A stretch of DNA of 64,000 nt, from IMG/VR virus record IMGVR_UViG_3300022660_000043, one strand, 5' to 3'. The notes beneath the pieces were generated by a model. That model did not search any database. It was not told where the DNA came from and saw nothing but the letters and a program-made list of their open reading frames with translations. Shown in pieces: positions 32,705-40,261 of this stretch; within the stretch, counting starts at the first letter, position 1; each line of letters starts with the position of its first letter. The stretch is from a virus (Duplodnaviria > Caudoviricetes). The translations under genes were made by a program, and so were the position numbers.

Positions 32705-33025
32705 TCATGTTCTTACCTCCTTGATCAAGTTCCAGCCCACAATATCACAGTAGTAAAGTCGGCACTTTCCGTTTCTCTCAATGTGCACACAGTCGCTTAC
32801 GGAGAGGGAATGTCCAGTGAAATCCTCAGGTCTTCGCATATTAAATATATAGAAGAGAACTTCGAGGGCTTCGAGATCAGATTTGTCATCCATAGTTTCA
32901 GACTCAAGATCATAGACAATCTCGTAGTCCTCTATGTTAAACTTATCTTCCTTGTATCCACGGAAAGCATAATCGCAACCCGCAATATCCTTGATCTGCA
33001 AAATACGAAAACGCGTCATTTTCAA
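32705..33025 (-). CDS. YodL-like protein
   Basis: Y.F......DY..VY...LE.LF.IFN..RPEDFTGHSLSVSD...YY.D..G. Confidence 0.85.
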   Translation of the reverse strand: MKMTRFRILQIKDIAGCDYAFRGYKEDKFNIEDYEIVYDLESETMDDKSDLEALEVLFYIFNMRRPEDFTGHSLSVSDCVHIERNGKCRLYYCDIVGWNLIKEVRT

Positions 33026-33215
33026 TCCTCCATATAATTCGGTTTGTATTTCGGCTTTCTCTTTCGACGGTCATCAAAGACCTGAGCTCTGTTCTTCAAC
33101 CGGCTGAATTTCCGGTCCTGAGAAGGAACACTTGAGATGTCAATTCGAATCTGAATCACATTCTCAGGTTTCCTCTCTCGTACTTCATAGGTTCTGCGCT
33201 TCATAAGGTCTTACC

Positions 33216-33467
33216 TCACGCCTTTCCGTTCGCCATGTCCATAACGGTCATGAGAACTTCATTAGAAGGATTAGGATCAAGCTCCATCCACTCATCTGCA
33301 TAGACGTGAGTACTTCCAAAAGAGAACGCGTGGTTCACATCGATGTACTGAACCAGAGTTTTGTTTCCTCTGTCCTCAAGAACAACGTATCTCTCTTCAC
33401 CAGTCTCTCTGGGGCCAAGCCATTCAGGCTTTGCTTTGATAATGTCTCCAACGTTAAACTTACTCAT
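33216..33467 (-). CDS. small SH3-like protein (MSKFNVGDII...)
   Basis: GGAGG RBS; KFxVGD motif. Confidence 0.7.
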   Translation of the reverse strand: MSKFNVGDIIKAKPEWLGPRETGEERYVVLEDRGNKTLVQYIDVNHAFSFGSTHVYADEWMELDPNPSNEVLMTVMDMANGKA

Positions 33468-33490
33468 TTCTAAAACCTCCAAGTTTCAAT

Positions 33491-33560
33491 CACAATATTA
33501 TTATAACATGTTTGTCAGATTTTGTAAACCGACAAAATATACAAAGTTTAAAAAATTTTC
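33491..33560 (-). promoter_or_regulatory. class-1 promoter repeat, copy 15
   Basis: TTTGTCGGTTTACA-N17-TATAAT. Confidence 0.88.
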
Positions 33561-33574
33561 TAGCAGAACCTAAT

Positions 33575-33675
33575 AAAAAACGACGACCTGTCCAGGAGGA
33601 ATAGACAAGCCGCCGCCAAAAAGGGAGGACTGCTGCTTTCGCAGCTAACTATGAAAAACCGAGGTTTCTAACCTC
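33575..33675 (-). ncRNA. candidate structured small RNA with anti-SD/anti-AUG tracts
   Basis: Class-2 promoter 33676-33689; hairpins GAGGTT/AACCTC and CTGC-GAAA-GCAG; terminator with TTCCTCCT loop and T6. Confidence 0.6.
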
Positions 33676-33732
33676 TATTATATTATACAGTATCCAAATC
33701 GCTTTTTTATTATTTCGTCCAAAAGTTTTTTA

Positions 33733-34230
33733 TTAGAATCTAAAGATTCTCATCCACTCATCCCAGAAAGATTTGGGGTCAAAGAGCTGATCAGCCAACT
33801 CTTTATACTCGTTGCTAGAGCTAGAGATAGTTACCACATGGTCACCATCCTTGAGAGTCATGTGATATCCCTCGGGGTGCTTAGCAATAAACTCATTAAG
33901 AGCTGCCTGATAAGCTGCCTCAGCATCATCTTTTGCTTTTGTTTCTGCGGCAATCGCTTCCTCATGCTTCTTATTAACCTCGCTTAGAGTCTCACGAATT
34001 GCATTGAGATCATTGTTAAGCTGCTTCTTGAGATTAAGAACATTGGTGTTGTACACCTGCTTTGCAGCATTGAAGTTCTTAAAAGCATCTTCTACTTTCT
34101 TAGCTTCAGCCTTCTTAATCTCAGAAGCTTTCTTCTTCTTAGCTTCCTTCTCTGCAGCCTGCTGCTCAGCTTCCTGAAGAGCCTCTGCAGAATCAAACAT
34201 CATATCAAGTGTTTCAGAATAAAATTTCAT
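33733..34230 (-). CDS. coiled-coil hypothetical protein
   Basis: MKFYSE..., A/E/K-rich; TAAGGAG RBS; long leader. Confidence 0.85.
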   Translation of the reverse strand: MKFYSETLDMMFDSAEALQEAEQQAAEKEAKKKKASEIKKAEAKKVEDAFKNFNAAKQVYNTNVLNLKKQLNNDLNAIRETLSEVNKKHEEAIAAETKAKDDAEAAYQAALNEFIAKHPEGYHMTLKDGDHVVTISSSSNEYKELADQLFDPKSFWDEWMRIFRF

Positions 34231-34402
34231 AAGTAAATTCTCCTTATCCTATTAAGTTTAAATTTTTCGCGCTCGAGAAGATAGTTCCTCTCCTTATCCC
34301 TCTCACGACTTATATTTTCAAATCACCTGAACGAAAATGATTTGTTTTCATTATTAATATACAGTAAAGCCAGAATTTTTTTATTCTGGCTTTACATAGC
34401 TC

Positions 34403-37400
34403 TTACTTTATACGCCAAGCTAAACTTATAGCTTCTTCATAAGCTGGATTATCAAAAGAAATACCCTTGAAGCCATCTTGATTAAGTTCTCTTAATTGTT
34501 CGGCATTCCAGCCCCACAATGAAGGTTTTCCTGAAGCAGTAAAAATAAAGGTAAACATTCCACCAAGATCCAACATTTCATCGTGGCACGATTGTATATC
34601 TTCACTGGATACATCATCATAAGACTTTATTAAAACTGCCTGTGCTACACCGTCTTCTGGTTCTTCTAACCCCCAAAGTTCTACTCTACTGCTATCTACA
34701 CACTCTGCAAAGTCTGCAGGAGAAAGATTAAGAATACTTTCTTTCATTGCACTAGTCATGTTAGATAAACTTGAGGCAGCACTCTTAAGTTTACTTCCAG
34801 TATCCTCTAGTTCTGCAACTGCATCTTCAGTAGACTTAAGATCTTCTTCAATGATTTTTCTAATGCACTCAAGAAGTTCATCTTCTCTTTCAAAGTTTTC
34901 ACCTAGACCTTTAAGCTTACGTCTAAGCTTATTCATTTCTTTATGCCACTTATCAGAAAGCTTGGTTTTACTCTTATCTGCATAACCTACACCTTGACCC
35001 TTAAGTGCAGCATACATTCTAGCAAGCTGAAGATCAGACAAGTCGCTCAACTTGCCAGAGAACCCAGAAGCTTCTTCCTCAGTATCCTCTTCAGCATCTT
35101 CCTCTTCAGCATCTGTGTCTCCAGTATCTGAAGTGTCCTTAGCTACTAATAACTTCTTAGCTTCCTCAAACTCGGCTTGAGGCATAATATCCAGTAATGC
35201 TTCTAAGGTCTCAGCTTCTTTCATCTTTTTAATAGATGCTTCTATAGCAGCTAAGAATTTCTCATAAGATTCTTCTGTGTATCCTTCTTTTTCTACGGTA
35301 TCTCTAAGATCACTTAATGCTTTGATTAATTCCGCTCTTTCTGCTTCCAGATCCTCACTCGCTGTTTCTCCGGAGTCTTCATTTTCCTCCTCCGCAGGCT
35401 TAAGAACAAGAAGTTTATTAAATTCCTCAATCTTAGCTGCAAGACCGGCATCGAGTTCTTTATATTCCTCTTCAGACTTAAGTTCTTTTAACACAGTCTC
35501 AGCATAGTCCACAATTGCCTCATCATAAGCATTCCAGGATTCTTCTGTGTATTTATCTTTTTCAGAGTTCTTAACTACCTCACTAAAGAGTCTTGCAGTG
35601 AGCTTCTCAATGAGTTCATCGAGATTAACTCCATCATCTTCAGGATTCTCATCCTCAGGATTTTCATCCTTATTCTTAGGATCTTCATCACCGGTATCTT
35701 CATCATCATCCTCAGTACCTGTATCCTCAGGGGCTTCCTCTTCTTTAGGATCTAGGAGAGCTTTAAGTTTCTCTAGCCATGCAGGTAACTTATCAATAAA
35801 TGCTTGAACCTTAGAAGACTGAGTAGCTTTCTTAATTGCCTCACTCTTAGTTTGAATCTCACTCTCGTAGTCAGCGTAAGAATCCTCGGTGTAAGCGTCA
35901 GGCTTTTCTTTACCTTTCTGTAAAGCTTTAAGTGCCATCTTCTTTAGGAGTTCAAGATCCTCATTGTCCTCGACAGTATCTTCGTCTTTACCATCAGATC
36001 CACCTGTACCACCGGAACCGCCGCCGCCATTAGCTTTCTTAAGTAAAGCATTTAACTTAGGAACCCTCTCTTTAAGCTCTTTAGGATAAACTTCAGTTAA
36101 AGTTTTAAGCTGCTTCGCACCCTCAATACTGGATTTATATTGTTCATACTTCTTAGAGTACTGTTCGTAAGATTCAGGAGTATAACCCTCGGGTTTAATC
36201 TTCTCACCGAGAATAGCCAGACATTCAGCTCTAGCTTCTTCTAGTTTCTTAGCTGCATCATCTTCATCTCCATCATCATCTAAGCCACCGTCTTTTTTCT
36301 CAAGAAGGTTTTCTGCTGCTTCTTTCTTACCGGCTACATCAAAGTCTTCGAGTTCAGCAGCTTCCCCAGCAGCATCGATTTCCTCAATGATTGCATCCCA
36401 AGCTTCCTTATACTTAGCATAAGACTCCTCAGTATATCCGGCGGGAGGAATAATCTTACCAAGCTCTTTCTTAAGCTCTTCTTTTACCTCATCAATAGGA
36501 GTAAAGGTCTCACCAGCTTCTGCGCTATTTTGATTTGCAATTACAAGTTCCTTGATTCTCTTATTAATATCATCACGACCGGAAGTAGTAGTAGCCTTAC
36601 CATTAACATAAACTTCTAGCTTCCAACCATATTTATCAACAAGCTTCTTAATCTGAGGATCACTAATAGTAACTCCTTCTTTAATTGCTATAATCTCAAC
36701 ATTAGCATTATTAAATCTAACTGAATGGCCTTTAGCAATCTTCTCCGCAGAGTCTAGAGTTTGTGCACGTTGGTTCTGACAAGGTTTACCATTGGCATCC
36801 ACGATATCTTCTTTTTTAGGTCCGACAATATGGATATAATAACCTTCAGAAAAAATCTCATTAATATTAATTGTAGCTTTAGTAGCCTTATTAACTACCT
36901 GCTTTGCCTTGTTTCCAAGTTTATTGAGGGTCTTCTTAAAAAAACCGGCCTCAGCCTCGGTAAGGTACTCGGTCTCATCGAATACTTCATCTTCACCTGA
37001 GAGCTCTACCAAAAGTTCATCAGGCTCGTAACCCATAGGAACCCACTCACAAGCGTACTCACGCTCAAGACGCTCATAAGCTTCTTCTTCGGTAGCAGCT
37101 CTCACAGCGCCTACAAACTCACCGTTGTCAGTATAGCCAACCCAGGTAGGAAGATTAACAGACTCTACTAAGATCTGCTTATCCGCAGACTCTTCAATTT
37201 CTTTCTCGTCCTCTTCGCCTTTGTCTTCATCTTTGTCTTCATCTTTGCCCTCATCTTCTTCCTGATCTTCTTCCTGATCTTCGCCAGCAAGATCCTTGAG
37301 TTCATCGATGTGTTCTTCTTCCTCTTCCTTGATATGATCTATAGTATCGAGGATATCATCCTTCTCATCCTCATCCATAGGTAGGTGCTGAATAGTTTCA

Positions 37401-37777
37401 TCAGCTGCCTCATATGCATCGATAGCATCATACTCATCCTTAATAAGAGTGTCGAGAGCATCCATTACAGTAGGCTCACTCTCCCAGTCCTTTGTAGTAT
37501 CTGGGGCATACTCAGTTACATCTGGAAACTCTTGAGTATAAAGATCATTAGTCAAAGCAAACTGGTCGAGCTTAAACTCAGGGGCTTCAGTAACTCTGGT
37601 CCAAGTTTTTGCCATTTCATCTGTATCCACTTTTCTTTGGCAGGTTGGACAAATATAACCTACCTCCAGTTTAACACCATCTGCCTTGGGAAATAGGTCA
37701 AAGCATTCCTTACACTCAACCATGTCTTCATTGAGCTCAAGGTCTTCAACCATATCTTCAAACTTATCCATATCCAT
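34403..37777 (-). CDS. large acidic protein: Zn ribbon, ferritin-like helix pair, five FIVAR-like repeats; probable virion internal protein
   Basis: CKEC..CPTC; DEYDAIDAY...HIKEEEEEHIDEL; YTEESY/YTPESY/YTEDSY/YTEESW/YTEESY; TGCTAAATTAT at 37837-37847. Confidence 0.7.
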   Translation of the reverse strand: MDMDKFEDMVEDLELNEDMVECKECFDLFPKADGVKLEVGYICPTCQRKVDTDEMAKTWTRVTEAPEFKLDQFALTNDLYTQEFPDVTEYAPDTTKDWESEPTVMDALDTLIKDEYDAIDAYEAADETIQHLPMDEDEKDDILDTIDHIKEEEEEHIDELKDLAGEDQEEDQEEDEGKDEDKDEDKGEEDEKEIEESADKQILVESVNLPTWVGYTDNGEFVGAVRAATEEEAYERLEREYACEWVPMGYEPDELLVELSGEDEVFDETEYLTEAEAGFFKKTLNKLGNKAKQVVNKATKATININEIFSEGYYIHIVGPKKEDIVDANGKPCQNQRAQTLDSAEKIAKGHSVRFNNANVEIIAIKEGVTISDPQIKKLVDKYGWKLEVYVNGKATTTSGRDDINKRIKELVIANQNSAEAGETFTPIDEVKEELKKELGKIIPPAGYTEESYAKYKEAWDAIIEEIDAAGEAAELEDFDVAGKKEAAENLLEKKDGGLDDDGDEDDAAKKLEEARAECLAILGEKIKPEGYTPESYEQYSKKYEQYKSSIEGAKQLKTLTEVYPKELKERVPKLNALLKKANGGGGSGGTGGSDGKDEDTVEDNEDLELLKKMALKALQKGKEKPDAYTEDSYADYESEIQTKSEAIKKATQSSKVQAFIDKLPAWLEKLKALLDPKEEEAPEDTGTEDDDEDTGDEDPKNKDENPEDENPEDDGVNLDELIEKLTARLFSEVVKNSEKDKYTEESWNAYDEAIVDYAETVLKELKSEEEYKELDAGLAAKIEEFNKLLVLKPAEEENEDSGETASEDLEAERAELIKALSDLRDTVEKEGYTEESYEKFLAAIEASIKKMKEAETLEALLDIMPQAEFEEAKKLLVAKDTSDTGDTDAEEEDAEEDTEEEASGFSGKLSDLSDLQLARMYAALKGQGVGYADKSKTKLSDKWHKEMNKLRRKLKGLGENFEREDELLECIRKIIEEDLKSTEDAVAELEDTGSKLKSAASSLSNMTSAMKESILNLSPADFAECVDSSRVELWGLEEPEDGVAQAVLIKSYDDVSSEDIQSCHDEMLDLGGMFTFIFTASGKPSLWGWNAEQLRELNQDGFKGISFDNPAYEEAISLAWRIK

Positions 37778-37841
37778 TCTCCTTTTAAACTATATCTAAT
37801 TAAAATGATTTATCTCCAAATCACCAAATTAATCATATAAT

Positions 37842-38252
37842 TTAGCAGTAAATATAAGTACGTAAAGTTTGAATTGCATCTTTTTGTATTTTAGCCTCTA
37901 GGGCTGGATCTCGAGTTGAGGATTTACAAAGGTAGAGTTTAATCACCCTGCCTTTGTGGATTAATCGAATATCTGAAAACGAGCCATTTTGGAAATACTC
38001 TAATTTGGAACCATAAAATTCCGGGATATCTCGAAATCGAGTTATGGTATCCAGGTATTCATCTACTAAAAGTTTAGCATCTTCCCGATAAGACATGTTA
38101 TCGCGGCCGAATTCAAAAAGAAGATCTTTCCAGATAGTAACTAGCTGTCTTCCAGAAAGATCTTCATAAAACTTTAAAGTTTGTCCTCTATACTCAAGCT
38201 CATCCACAACAATTCCAGAATTTTGAAGTTGTTCTATTTTGGATTTACTCAT
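37842..38252 (-). CDS. hypothetical protein
   Basis: ORF coupled to the helicase gene. Confidence 0.8.
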   Translation of the reverse strand: MSKSKIEQLQNSGIVVDELEYRGQTLKFYEDLSGRQLVTIWKDLLFEFGRDNMSYREDAKLLVDEYLDTITRFRDIPEFYGSKLEYFQNGSFSDIRLIHKGRVIKLYLCKSSTRDPALEAKIQKDAIQTLRTYIYC

Positions 38253-38253
38253 G

Positions 38254-39963
38254 TCAAAGCTCCCTAAGAATTTTTCTCATTTCATTTTGTAGTGAAATGG
38301 AAAGCTCATTCTCCTTACCATCTATTACATAGTCCGCAAGATCTTTCTTAGCTTCCACTACATCCCACACTCGGTCATCTATAGTATCCGGACAACCTAG
38401 GATCTTGATAATAGCAGGTCTGGTATTAGTAACTCTCCATATACGGTCAGCAGACTGCGAGAGGGAACTCCAGGTCCAGGGAGAATCAAGACAGATCATG
38501 TAACTCGCTGCATTTAAGGTCCAGCCGGTTCCACACTTACCATGAGTCCCAATGAAAACGAACTGTTTTGGGTCTGACTGGAAAGCATCCATATTTCTTC
38601 TTACCTCAGAGTCATCCTGATCTCCAGTATTAACCGTCGGACCTAGGTCCTCGAGAAGTTTCGCTAATTCATATACCGGTTCTTTAAACGTACTCAGGAT
38701 TACTACCTTCTCGCCCTCTCCCACTAGGTCTCTCACTATGTCTACACATCTTTCTATCTTAGAAGAAAGTATAGGTTGAGAAGTTAGGATACCAGGGCAA
38801 GCAGTCGCCTGTCTCAGGCGGGTTGTGAGCGCGAGTAAGTTACCGGCTTTAAGTTCGACTCGATCGGCTTCTTCCTTTACGCCTTCCTTGATAGCCTCAT
38901 AAAACTTCCGGTGCTCATCACTCATCTCTACCAACTCATAAGTAATGGTCTTAGGAGGCATGTCTGATCTTACCTGATCCAGGGTTCTGCGAATAGAACA
39001 GGCTCCGAGTTCTTCTCTCAGAGTTTCCAGGTTCTTGTATCCAACAACTTGCTTATCTCCGAAACCGCCATACTCACAGTACTGAGCTTTGAAGTTAGTG
39101 AGAGTAGCTTGGTCATTCTCAGTCCAAGCAAGAGGCATGTAACAGGAGAGGGGAGAGTTAATCAGCAAAGTACCGGTGGCAGCAACTTTGTAATCTGCAC
39201 CGAGCTTGAGAAGGTTTCCGCCCTGAGCTGAAGTCTTAGTAGCGAACTTATGAACCTCATCGACTGCGATAAGTCCGAACTTATTAGAGCTCTTCTTGAA
39301 AGCTTCGACGAACTCATCTGACCGGAGAGTAGCCGCATTAACTATAACAAAGAATTCCTCTATTGGATTCATGAGGATCTCGGCTCTCTTCTTAACAGAC
39401 TCATAACTGATTCTGCCATGTTTTGAAATCTTCTCACCTAGGACAATACAGGACTCATTTGAAAACTTCTTAATCTCGGCTTTCCAGTTCTGTCTCAAGG
39501 AATCTACACCGCAGATGATCATGCAATGATCTATCAACCCTCTCGCCTTGAGGATCTCAGCATACATGATAATCTCATTTGTCTTACCTAGACCCATAGA
39601 ATCTAGAAGAAGCCATTTAGGTCTTTCCGGATCTAGACCGAAGTTAACCCCCTCAATCTGATGTTGGAAAGGTTTGAACTTAAAACTCAGTACCTCAGAT
39701 TCGGTAAGTTGAAAACGATCTGTTTTGAAATCCTGCTTTTCTGGAATTAGCTGAAGCTGGATTTCATCATAGAACGTGAGTTTGTCTAAAGCTTCTCCAA
39801 GTTCGTCTGCTGGAATTTCCCAAGTGTAATCCTTCTTGTGGTACACAGCCATAGCAAGAGTCTTCATTGTATCCACTATCGCAGGATTATACTGGAAGGT
39901 AATGAGAAAGGAACTGAGGCCACTGAGTTTTCTTGGTGGCTGGCTTTCTCTTATGTTAATCAT
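38254..39963 (-). CDS. SNF2-family helicase/ATPase
   Basis: DSMGLGKT (Walker A), DEVH (Walker B), ATGT, GTGWTLNAA, QSADRIWR. Confidence 0.92.
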   Translation of the reverse strand: MINIRESQPPRKLSGLSSFLITFQYNPAIVDTMKTLAMAVYHKKDYTWEIPADELGEALDKLTFYDEIQLQLIPEKQDFKTDRFQLTESEVLSFKFKPFQHQIEGVNFGLDPERPKWLLLDSMGLGKTNEIIMYAEILKARGLIDHCMIICGVDSLRQNWKAEIKKFSNESCIVLGEKISKHGRISYESVKKRAEILMNPIEEFFVIVNAATLRSDEFVEAFKKSSNKFGLIAVDEVHKFATKTSAQGGNLLKLGADYKVAATGTLLINSPLSCYMPLAWTENDQATLTNFKAQYCEYGGFGDKQVVGYKNLETLREELGACSIRRTLDQVRSDMPPKTITYELVEMSDEHRKFYEAIKEGVKEEADRVELKAGNLLALTTRLRQATACPGILTSQPILSSKIERCVDIVRDLVGEGEKVVILSTFKEPVYELAKLLEDLGPTVNTGDQDDSEVRRNMDAFQSDPKQFVFIGTHGKCGTGWTLNAASYMICLDSPWTWSSLSQSADRIWRVTNTRPAIIKILGCPDTIDDRVWDVVEAKKDLADYVIDGKENELSISLQNEMRKILREL

Positions 39964-40261
39964 CGAACAATGAAACTGAAGTATTAGTAAAGTCTAATTC
40001 TTCCTGCTCCTTCTTTGCTTTATAACTTACTGAAACCTCAACTATAAACTGCTTTCCACAACCGTCGCAGATATAACTTTCTGTCTGGCAAGGATCCTCA
40101 GAATAAGAGTGATGAAGAATCTTTCCTAAAGCATCTCTCAAAGGCATGTCTTCCGGCTTACCTAGAAAATCACCCGGCATCATAATCTCACAAGGTAAAT
40201 ATTCATATCCGCAATGTGGGCACTTTATAAATTGCTTAATTTTTTCAATATTGGAATCCAT
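39956..40261 (-). CDS. Zn-ribbon protein
   Basis: CPHCG...CDGCG. Confidence 0.75.
   Translation of the reverse strand: MDSNIEKIKQFIKCPHCGYEYLPCEIMMPGDFLGKPEDMPLRDALGKILHHSYSEDPCQTESYICDGCGKQFIVEVSVSYKAKKEQEELDFTNTSVSLFDD

Noticed and set aside
14486-33560. Canonical integron with attC sites
   Set aside because: No integrase in the window, no consistent RYYYAAC/GTTRRRY ends, and the elements are promoters; only the analogy is kept
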